Positions 41,345-48,926 of a stretch of DNA of 64,000 bases are shown here, piece by piece. Position 1 is the first letter of the stretch. Every line of letters begins with the position of its first letter. Below the pieces are notes generated by a model. It saw only the letters and a program-made list of their open reading frames with translations. It was not told the DNA's origin and searched no databases. A program made the translations under genes and the position numbers. Source of the stretch: Thermomonospora echinospora (lineage in GTDB: Bacteria; Actinomycetota; Actinomycetes; Streptosporangiales; Streptosporangiaceae); assembly GCF_900108175.1 (NCBI RefSeq), contig NZ_FNVO01000009.1, positions 102,744 through 166,743 of the forward strand, read 5' to 3'.

Positions 41345-41779
41345 CCCTTCCTGGTCGAACGGAACCCCGGCTACTTCGAGTACCAGCTTCCCGTCTCGGT
41401 GAAGCTGATCATCGACTACGGCGGAAAGGTCCCGCTGCTCAAGAACGAGCGCGAGGAGTGGGAACTACCCGGCGGAAAGCTCGAAGTGGGGGAACGGCCG
41501 GACGAGTGCGTCGCACGCGAGGTCGAGGAGGAGTTGGGGCTGACCGTGAAGGTGGAGGATCTGGTCGACACCTGGGTCTATGAGATCACTCCACTACGCC
41601 ACGTCTTTATCGTCACCTACGGAGCCCACTACACGGGCTTCCAGACCCCACGCAGCTCCAATGAGCACAAGGCCCTCGGCCTGTTCTCCCCCGGGGAGGT
41701 CGGCGGCCTCACCATGCCCGAGCAGTACAAGACGTCCATCAAGCGCTGGTACGCCATGACGGGCAAGCCGACCGCGTGA
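41345..41779 (+). CDS. NUDIX hydrolase
   Basis: Has a perfect Nudix box GGKLEVGERPDECVAREVEEELGL (Gx5Ex7REVxEELGL). RBS AGGAG lies before the ATG at 41345. Confidence 0.85.
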   Translation, partial: PFLVERNPGYFEYQLPVSVKLIIDYGGKVPLLKNEREEWELPGGKLEVGERPDECVAREVEEELGLTVKVEDLVDTWVYEITPLRHVFIVTYGAHYTGFQTPRSSNEHKALGLFSPGEVGGLTMPEQYKTSIKRWYAMTGKPTA

Positions 41780-41851
41780 CTCCGGGCACCCTCCCCCAGC
41801 AGCCGGTCACCTCATGACATCTGCGCGGGCTTCCCGGACGACCCATGCGGG

Positions 41852-42679
41852 CTACGGCTTGCGGCCTATTCCGCCGACGATGAGTCGGTCCCATGCCGTC
41901 GGCTCCCGGTCCGGTGGGGTGTCCGGGTGCCATTCGACCAGCGGCACGATGCCCGGGTCGACCATTTCCAGTCCGGTGAAGAAGGACTCGATCTCGTGCT
42001 GCTCGCGCCACCGCCCGCGGCCGAAGGACGCCTGCAGCATCTGCTCGATCTGCTGCGACTCCTCGTTGTGCTCGGTGCGGAAGTGGGTGATGAACAGGTG
42101 GCTGCCGGAGGGGACCGCCTCGCGCAGGGTCGCCACGATGCCGGCCGGGTCCTCCTCGTCCTCCAGGTGATGCAGGACCGCGCACAGGATGACGCCGACG
42201 GGCCGGTCGAAGTCGATCAGCTTCCGCGTCGCGGAGTCGTCCAGGATCCCGCGCGGATCACGGGCGTCGGCCTGGATCACCGCCGTGCGATCGTTCTCGT
42301 CCAGCAGGGCCCGGCCGTGCGCGAGCACGATGGGGTCGCTGTCGACGTAGACCACCCGGGACTCGGGAGCGTGCCGCTGGGCGACCTGGTGCACGTTCTC
42401 GGCCGTGGGCAGGCCGCTGCCGATGTCGATGAACTGCCGGATCCCCGCCTGCCGGACGAGGTACCGCACGGCGCGCCCGAGCACCCTGCGATTCTCGACG
42501 GCGATCGTCACCGCACCGGGCAACTGTTCCTTGATCATGTCGCCCACGGCGCGGTCGGAGGCGAAGTTGTCCTTCCCACCGATCATGTAGTCGTAGACAC
42601 GGGCGATGCTGGGCACGGTCGGGTCGATCCCCACAGGCACCCGCCCGGCACCGGCCGACGGCTCCCCGATTCCTTCCAC
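41852..42679 (-). CDS. SAM-dependent methyltransferase of the actinobacterial Methyltransf_19/DUF574 type
   Basis: The N-terminus PSIARVYDYMIGGKDNFASDR is diagnostic of this family. RBS GGGAG lies before the GTG at 42679. Confidence 0.8.
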   Translation of the reverse strand: MEGIGEPSAGAGRVPVGIDPTVPSIARVYDYMIGGKDNFASDRAVGDMIKEQLPGAVTIAVENRRVLGRAVRYLVRQAGIRQFIDIGSGLPTAENVHQVAQRHAPESRVVYVDSDPIVLAHGRALLDENDRTAVIQADARDPRGILDDSATRKLIDFDRPVGVILCAVLHHLEDEEDPAGIVATLREAVPSGSHLFITHFRTEHNEESQQIEQMLQASFGRGRWREQHEIESFFTGLEMVDPGIVPLVEWHPDTPPDREPTAWDRLIVGGIGRKP

Positions 42680-42933
42680 AGGTCACTCCCGACTGCCGAA
42701 GCCCCACCGAGCGCCCGCCGTACCGTACGACGCCGGTGCAGCCGATCTTAAGGCCGGACCTCTCAGGACTTCGTACAGTTCGCCGGATCGGCCACGCGAC
42801 AGCCGGGACAGACTTCCCGCAGCACGGCGCCGAGCCGAGGCGCCGAGCCGAAAGGCTCCGGCCCCTCCACCGGGTAAGGCGGTCGGCGCGATGCCGGGCA
42901 TTGCCGGTACGTCCCTGGCCCTCGGCCTGGAAG

Positions 42934-43598
42934 TCACCGGGAGCGGAGGAGTTCGCCGACCACGCGGCGGACCTTGCCGGCGGCGTCGCGGTCGCCCAGA
43001 CGCAGCGCCGTGTTCGCGGCCATCAGGACCGCGTCGATCTGGAAGGCGGCGAGTTCCACGTCCAGGTCGGCGACCTCACCGGAGTCCACCGCCTGCCGCA
43101 ACTCTTCGGCGAGGAGGGCGACCCACCCCTGATGCTGATGCGCCAGTCGGTCGCGGACAGGGCCGGGGCGGCTGTCGAAGTCGGCGAGGTTCGCGGCCCA
43201 GAAGCAGCCTCCCGGAAACAGTGGTGCTTCGGCATAGCCGATCCAGTGCTCCACCAGGGCTCGCAGCCGGGCGGTGCCGGCGGCGGCGTCCAGCGCGGGC
43301 AGCACGACCGCGTCGGCGAAGAGCCGTTCCGCGGTCTCTATGACGGCCAGGTGCAGGTTCTCCCTGGTCCTGAAGAGGGTCTGGATGCCGCTCTTGCTGA
43401 TCCCCAGGTCGGTGGCCAGCCGGCCCAGGCTGAGGCCGTTGAGCCCTTCCAGGGATGCCAGGTCGACGGCGTGGCGGGTGATGGCCTGCCGGGATTCGGC
43501 GCCCCGTAGCCGTCGCCGGTCGCCTACGGCCTGGTCCGTCCGGCCGGTCGCGCGGAGGCCGTTGTCGGGGGCCGGCCGGCGCATGCGTTCGCTCATCG
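42934..43598 (-). CDS. TetR-family transcriptional regulator
   Basis: The N-terminal HTH is LASLEGLNGLSLGRLATDLGISKSGIQTLF. The ATG is MEPMSERM. The 5' extension in the track ORF is rejected. Confidence 0.85.
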
Positions 43599-43621
43599 GC
43601 TCCATTGTGCCAGTCTTGCAT

Positions 43622-43645
43622 AAAAGTACGAACGATCGTACGTTT
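43622..43645. promoter_or_regulatory. Imperfect 24-bp palindrome AAAAGTACGAACGATCGTACGTTT in the TetR / SnoaL divergent intergenic region (candidate TetR operator)
   Basis: 20 of 24 positions are self-complementary. It is located between the divergent start codons. Confidence 0.4.
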
Positions 43646-43674
43646 AACTCCTCGCGACACGGAGGGATGAGCTG

Positions 43675-44130
43675 ATGGACGGCGATCGCATGTTCGAGCT
43701 GGCACAGGCGCTGGCCGAGGCCAAGAGCCGCCAGGACGTTCCCGCGGCGATGCGGCTCCTCCACCGGGAGATGGAGCTGGAGGTCCCGGCCTTCGGGACG
43801 ACGGTCCGCGGCCCGGCGGAGAACGAGGCGGCGCTCACCTGGTTCTTCAAGGCGTTCCCGGACTACGAGGTCGCACTGGACGGGCACGCCGACAACGGCG
43901 AGACGCTGGTCTGCTGGGGGACGGTGCGGATGACCATGCACGCCGCCGGTCTCGGCCTCGCCCCCAACGGAAGGCGCGCCGAACTGCCGGTGTTCATCCA
44001 GTTCGGCTTCAGGGACGGCCTGATCGCCGCCGAGCGTTTCCTCTTCGACCTGTCGTCCCTGTGCGCCCAGTCGGGCGTCTCCACGGACGAGGCCCGGGAA
44101 AGGCTCTTCAGGCGGAGGGCCGTGGCGTGA
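43675..44130 (+). CDS. SnoaL-like / NTF2-fold protein (ester-cyclase-like)
   Basis: Size is 151 aa with an NTF2-like pattern. RBS GGAGGGA is present. It is divergent from the TetR gene. Confidence 0.7.
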   Translation: MDGDRMFELAQALAEAKSRQDVPAAMRLLHREMELEVPAFGTTVRGPAENEAALTWFFKAFPDYEVALDGHADNGETLVCWGTVRMTMHAAGLGLAPNGRRAELPVFIQFGFRDGLIAAERFLFDLSSLCAQSGVSTDEARERLFRRRAVA

Positions 44131-44645
44131 GCGACCTGAACGAGGCCCGGCCCGCCCCCGACCCACGGCTGAAGGACGTCGGCCGGATCGAGACGGCACA
44201 CCTCTTCGACATGGTCGTCGATCTGGACCCCGCGCTGAACTTCGGCAACGGGCCACTCGGCCGGCGGGTCCTCTTCGGCTCCGCCGGCGGCTCCTTCGAC
44301 GGCCCGAAGCTGCACGGCGAAGTGCTGGACAGCGGCGGCGACTGGGCGGTGTTCCGGACCGACGGGACCATGAACCTGGACGTCCGGCTGACCCTGCGCA
44401 CCCACGACGGTGCCCTCGTGCACATGACCTACGGCGGTCGCCTGGTCACACCGCCCGAACTACGAGCCGCCCTGGCCGACCCGGCCGAGAGCCACCGGGT
44501 GGACCCCACCCGGTACTACTTCCGGACCAACGCCCTCTTCGAGACGGGAGCCGAGCAGTACGCCTGGCTGAACGACGTCGTCGGCGTGGGGTCGGGGTAC
44601 CTCGTCAAAGGCGGAGTCGCCTACCGGGTCTTCCAACTCCTGTGA
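44127..44645 (+). CDS. DUF3237-family protein
   Basis: The GTG start overlaps the upstream stop (GTGA), suggesting translational coupling. The sequence pattern (GGSFDGPKLHGEVLDSGGDW...TNALFETG) fits the family. Confidence 0.7.
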   Translation: MSDLNEARPAPDPRLKDVGRIETAHLFDMVVDLDPALNFGNGPLGRRVLFGSAGGSFDGPKLHGEVLDSGGDWAVFRTDGTMNLDVRLTLRTHDGALVHMTYGGRLVTPPELRAALADPAESHRVDPTRYYFRTNALFETGAEQYAWLNDVVGVGSGYLVKGGVAYRVFQLL

Positions 44646-44724
44646 CAACAAGCCATCACAGCCCCGCCGTATCGGCCGGTCCCCCTGAGGTCCTCCCAGG
44701 CGATCAGCCGTGCCGAACGGCGGG

Positions 44725-44928
44725 TCAACTGATGTCGTAACAACCGCCCTTGATCCGCTGAGCGAAGGCACTCCACTCACTCTGCCGGAACGCCAAGATG
44801 CCACCCTCCGGATCCTTGCTGTCGCGCACGACGACAGCCTGCTCGGCGCTGGCGATCTCTACGCAGTTCTGCCCGCCGTTATCGCTGCGGCGGGACTTGC
44901 GCCAGACGACGTTCGGCGGGGTAATCAT
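44725..44928 (-). CDS. DUF397-domain protein (second, downstream copy)
   Basis: VWRKSRRSDNGGQNCVEIA...VRDSKDPEGGILAF is the DUF397 signature. The long 5' extension in the track ORF is rejected. Confidence 0.75.
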   Translation of the reverse strand: MITPPNVVWRKSRRSDNGGQNCVEIASAEQAVVVRDSKDPEGGILAFRQSEWSAFAQRIKGGCYDIS

Positions 44929-44942
44929 TTGGGCGGCGCTCC

Positions 44943-45176
44943 TCACGGGCTTCCGTTCCGGGCAAGCGCGGTGATGAGCTGGACCGACTTGGCCGGGATG
45001 AATTGTGGTTCCCAGGCAAGGACCTCGCTGGCCTCGTCCTCCAGAGCGAAGATACTCCCGCTGAAGACGGCAGCATAGGCCATCGTGCTCGCCGTCCAAA
45101 TGATCGACCGTGCCGAGCGGCGGGTCAGCTGATGTCGTAACAACCGCCCTTGACCCGCTGAGCGAAGGCACCCCAC
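44943..45176 (-). pseudogene. Truncated remnant of an XRE/DUF5753 regulator gene (paralogous to 45400-46305)
   Basis: The encoded fragment ...AAVFSGSIFALEDEASEVLAWEPQFIP matches WWTAYADVFSGSIVALEDEASEIRAWEPQLVP of the intact XRE gene. The surrounding DNA is about 85% identical to the 45090-45320 and 45930-46030 segments. There is no start codon and no HTH. Confidence 0.55.
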
Positions 45177-45403
45177 GCGTCCTGTTGGAACGCCAAGATG
45201 CCACCCTCCGGGTCCTTGCTATCGCGCACGGCGACCACACGCCCGGCATCGGCGACCTCAACGCAGTTGGCACCGCCGTTGCCGCTGCGCTGGCTCTTGC
45301 GCCAGCCAGCGTGGGAGAGGTCCATCGAGGCGACCTCGACACAGTTGTCTCTGGGGCCGCTGTGCCGAGATTTACGCCAGGGGATGTCTGATAGGTGGAT
45401 CAT
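45125..45403 (-). CDS. DUF397-domain protein (two DUF397 repeats in tandem)
   Basis: WRKSRHSGPRDNCVEVA and WRKSQRSGNGGANCVEVA...VRDSKDPEGGILAF are both present. It overlaps the XRE stop by 4 nt, the canonical XRE-DUF397 operon arrangement. Confidence 0.8.
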   Translation of the reverse strand: MIHLSDIPWRKSRHSGPRDNCVEVASMDLSHAGWRKSQRSGNGGANCVEVADAGRVVAVRDSKDPEGGILAFQQDAWGAFAQRVKGGCYDIS

Positions 45404-46305
45404 TCGGGAGACGCTCCTTGGGGTCGGTCCCCTTGAGCCAGGGCAGTGATGAACTTGACGGACTCGCTCGGGGACATTGCTACATGGCAGATCGCTTCCA
45501 AACCAACCCTAATGCGAGCAACCTCCTCAGCGCTCTCCAGATAGATGTCTCCCATGGGCCCCTCGGCAAAGGCCACGTCGAGCTCATCGTCGTCGTTGAA
45601 GCTCAGAAGCTCCATGGACCCTTCCAAACCCCGGTGCGCGCCGGCGTCGAAGGGAAGGACCTGGATCGTGATGTTCGGCCGTCCGGCTGCCTCGGTGAGA
45701 GCAGTGAGCTGCTTCCGTATGACTTCCCGACCACCGATGGCCCGACGCAGTACAGCCTCGTCCAATACGGCGTGCAACTGTGGAGCGTTTGGGCGCCGTA
45801 GCAGCATTCCGCGATTCATACGAGCCATCACACGTCGCTGAACCGCCACCTGGTCACCGGTGTACGTACTGATGACCTCGCGGGCGTAGTCCTCGGTCTG
45901 GAGCAGGCCGGGGACGAGTTGTGGTTCCCAGGCGCGGATCTCGCTGGCCTCGTCCTCCAGGGCGACGATGCTTCCGCTGAAGACATCGGCGTAGGCCGTC
46001 CACCAGCCGCGCTTCCAGGAGTCCTTGGCGAGCTTGGCCAGCGCGGCATGGGTCGCATCATCGACGCCGTACAGCGCCAGCGCCGCCTCGATGTCGGCGT
46101 TCTTGGGCTGGGTCTGCGCCTTCTCGATGCGGGTGAGCTTGCTGAGCGACCAGCCGAGCTGCCGGGCCGCCTGGCTGGGCGTCAGCCCGGCACGCTCGCG
46201 GAGTTTGCGCAGCTCGAACGCCAAACGTCGGCCTCTGGTCGTGGGGCTGGAGACAACAGCCACGTCAGCACTCCTGATCTCCAAAGATCGCACACGAACG
46301 TGCAA
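45400..46305 (-). CDS. XRE-family HTH regulator with DUF5753 C-terminal domain (Scr1-like)
   Basis: The HTH is LRKLRERAGLTPSQAARQLGWSLSKLTRIEKAQ. The DUF5753-type C-terminus is present. Confidence 0.85.
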   Translation of the reverse strand: MHVRVRSLEIRSADVAVVSSPTTRGRRLAFELRKLRERAGLTPSQAARQLGWSLSKLTRIEKAQTQPKNADIEAALALYGVDDATHAALAKLAKDSWKRGWWTAYADVFSGSIVALEDEASEIRAWEPQLVPGLLQTEDYAREVISTYTGDQVAVQRRVMARMNRGMLLRRPNAPQLHAVLDEAVLRRAIGGREVIRKQLTALTEAAGRPNITIQVLPFDAGAHRGLEGSMELLSFNDDDELDVAFAEGPMGDIYLESAEEVARIRVGLEAICHVAMSPSESVKFITALAQGDRPQGASPE

Positions 46306-46592
46306 CTTCCATCTTCATCATGCTACTTGCACGATACCTATGACGTTCCTTACAGTGCAGAGCGTAGTCATCCAACTCTGCAGAGGAGCGAATTCCGTGT
46401 AGTTTGCTCCGCTTCCAGACCGAGGCAGCTCATGACGATCTTCCATAGGAGTCCCGTACCTGGGCGGGGCCAAGCCCCATCTCCCGCCGTTCCGCCAACC
46501 GGTGTTCGTTGGCGTTCACCGTCGCAGCGGCACCGCACCACCTCGCGTCGGGCGGACCGGACGGGCCCGTTCCGGCTCGGTGGGGGGTCGTG

Positions 46593-47036
46593 ATGGCCGC
46601 GGCCGTTCTCGGGTCGATGGCGATCGTGGCCGAGGCGAGTCAGGTCAGGGTCGTGCGGCGGTGGTTGCGCGGGCTGCTCGGGGCCGAGCATCCCGCCTGC
46701 TACGACTCCGAACTGCTCGGCAGCGAGCTGGTCACCAACGCCATCGAGCACTCCGACTCCGGCCAGTTCGGCCCCGGCGGAACGCCCGGGACCGTTCACA
46801 TCACCGTCCTCGCCCTGGACGGCGCCGTCCGTGTCGAGGTCACCGACGCCGGCTCCGCCACCAGCGTTCCCCAGATCGCCGACCCCGCGACCTACGCCAC
46901 CAGCGGCCGGGGCCTGCGGATGGTCCGTGACCTCACCGGTGGCCGCTGCGGCACCCACACCCACGAGGGCGGCCGCACCGTCTGGTTCGAACTCCCGCAC
47001 CCACCGGCCCTCACCCCGAACGGAGACCGCCCGTGA
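46593..47036 (+). CDS. ATP-binding protein (histidine-kinase-like ATPase fold, anti-sigma-factor-like), partner of the XRE/DUF397 module
   Basis: The pattern ELVTNAIEHS...GRGLRMV is present. It is divergent from the XRE gene, as in the Streptomyces triad. The start MAAAVLG is assumed. Confidence 0.75.
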   Translation: MAAAVLGSMAIVAEASQVRVVRRWLRGLLGAEHPACYDSELLGSELVTNAIEHSDSGQFGPGGTPGTVHITVLALDGAVRVEVTDAGSATSVPQIADPATYATSGRGLRMVRDLTGGRCGTHTHEGGRTVWFELPHPPALTPNGDRP

Positions 47037-47296
47037 GCATCCCGTCCGACCCCCTCACCGAACGCGAACGCCAAGCGGTCCTCCTCGCCCACGACGTCCA
47101 CGACCACCTGCTGCACTGGCTCACCCGCCACGGCGTCGCCTGCCCCCTCGTCGTCTCCCCCTTCGTGGACGCCACCGGGCAGCCCAGCGTCCTCCTGCGC
47201 CTCAACTCCCCCGCCGCCCGGACCCTCCTGCGCGCCCTCACCCTCCCGGCCCCGCCCTCGAACCCCCGCAACGTTCAGCGCCGCGACTCCTTCTGA
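47033..47296 (+). CDS. Small hypothetical protein (87 aa) translationally coupled to the ATP-binding gene
   Basis: The start overlaps the upstream stop. It has no motifs. Confidence 0.35.
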   Translation: MSIPSDPLTERERQAVLLAHDVHDHLLHWLTRHGVACPLVVSPFVDATGQPSVLLRLNSPAARTLLRALTLPAPPSNPRNVQRRDSF

Positions 47297-47589
47297 TCGA
47301 GGAGTGCCGACCGGGTTCGCGGCCGGAGCCCTGCACGCCGGGCAGGTGCCGGCAGTTCTCCGACGGAACGGCGAAGTGCCAGATAAAGGGACGAGTCCGG
47401 AATTCGGGGACAGGATCAGGAATCTCCGTAATACCTTGTCCCGCTTCCCCGGAAGGCCGTTCGGCGATCGTCACATTCGGTCGCCCATCGGTAAATTCAT
47501 GGGCATGTCAGATGATCTGCCTGCGGATAGGGGAATCTGAACCGAGAACGCCTATCCGGCGCGGCGAATGGTCGCGTACATGTTGGTGC

Positions 47590-48888
47590 ATGCCTTATTC
47601 GCGCCGTACTTTCCTGGCCGGGGCCGCGGCGGCGGTCGGCGTGACCATGGCCGGTGGCGTCACCTACACCGGTGCCGGACCGCAGATCGGGACCGAGCCG
47701 CAGGCCCTCGCGGGGCCGCCGCCGTCCGGTAAGCCGGGCATCGACCACATCGTGGTCGTAATGATGGAGAACCGGTCGTTCGACCATTTTCTGGGATGGC
47801 TGCCGAACGCCAACGGCAAACAGGACGGGCTCACGTTCGTCGACCGGGAGGGCGAGGAGCACTCCACCCGCCATCTGCGGGACTTCCAGGGCTGCGGCCA
47901 CCCCGACCCCAACCATTCCTTCCGGGGCGGCCGGATCCAGTACAACGACGGGGCCAACGACGGCTGGCTGCGCGCGCCGCGCAGTGACGAGTTCGCCATC
48001 GGCTACTACCTGGCGGAGGATCTGGACTTCTACCGCCACGCCGCGCCGTACTGGACGGTCTGCGACAACTACTTCGCGGCCTTCATGGGGCCGACGTACC
48101 CGAACCGTCTCTACCAGCACGCCGCGCGGACCGACCGGATCCGCAACTCCCACCGCATCCCCGAGATGCCGACGATCTGGGACCGGCTCGCCGAGGCGGG
48201 GCTGCGGGGCCGGTACTACTACAGCGACCTGCCGTTCACCGCGCTGTGGGGCAAGAAGTACCGGTCGATCAGCCACCCGTATCCGCAGTTCCTCGACGAC
48301 TGCGCCAAGGGCGACCTGCCCGAGCTGTCCTTCGTGGACCCGAAGTTCTCGGGCGAGGCCAACGGGACCTCGGCCGACGACCACCCGCACGCCGACATCC
48401 GCGCGGGCCAGTACTTCCTCAACCAGGTCTACCGGGCGGTCACCCGCAGTCCGGCCTGGGGGCGGACGATGCTCGTCATCAACTACGACGAGTGGGGCGG
48501 ATTCTTCGACCACGTCCCCCCGTCCGTCGCGCCCGACGCCCATCCCTCCTGGGGGCTGCGCGGCTTCCGGGTGCCGTGCCTGGTCATCTCGCCTTGGGCC
48601 CGGCGTGGACACGTCGCCAGCGGCCTCTACGACCACACCTCGGTGCTGAAGGCGGTGGAGTCGCGGTGGGGGCTTGAGCCGCTGTCGCCCAGGGACGCCG
48701 CCGCCCGCGACATCGCGGAGGTCCTGGACTTCACCCGCCCCCCGATGCTCACCCCGCCACAGTGGGAGGTGCCCAAGGTCGTGGGAAGACCCTGCAACTG
48801 CAACCCGGCCAAGGACGACTGCCGTGAGCCATGGCGTGGCCTGCGCGACCTCGCCGACGTCCACGACTGGGAACTGGATCTGGACTGA
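47590..48888 (+). CDS. Tat-secreted phospholipase C / phosphoesterase-family protein
   Basis: The twin-arginine signal is MPYSRRTFLAGAAAAVG. The phosphoesterase-family pattern HIVVVMMENRSFDHFLGW is present. It is preceded by a ~290-bp lower-GC leader. Confidence 0.85.
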   Translation: MPYSRRTFLAGAAAAVGVTMAGGVTYTGAGPQIGTEPQALAGPPPSGKPGIDHIVVVMMENRSFDHFLGWLPNANGKQDGLTFVDREGEEHSTRHLRDFQGCGHPDPNHSFRGGRIQYNDGANDGWLRAPRSDEFAIGYYLAEDLDFYRHAAPYWTVCDNYFAAFMGPTYPNRLYQHAARTDRIRNSHRIPEMPTIWDRLAEAGLRGRYYYSDLPFTALWGKKYRSISHPYPQFLDDCAKGDLPELSFVDPKFSGEANGTSADDHPHADIRAGQYFLNQVYRAVTRSPAWGRTMLVINYDEWGGFFDHVPPSVAPDAHPSWGLRGFRVPCLVISPWARRGHVASGLYDHTSVLKAVESRWGLEPLSPRDAAARDIAEVLDFTRPPMLTPPQWEVPKVVGRPCNCNPAKDDCREPWRGLRDLADVHDWELDLD

Positions 48889-48926
48889 CCCGCTCCAGCG
48901 ACGGTACGGCCATACCGCCGGGTACG

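Noticed and set aside
44725-45342. 205-aa - strand ORF extending the downstream DUF397 gene at its 5' end
   Set aside because: Only the last 67 codons are DUF397. The 5' part overlaps the XRE remnant out of frame and is low complexity.
47300-47590. PHO boxes (PhoP direct repeats, GTTCACC-type 11-mers) in the lower-GC leader of the phospholipase C gene
   Set aside because: Only weak partial matches are present (GTTCGGCGATC GTCACATTCGG). This is not convincing without a position weight matrix scan.
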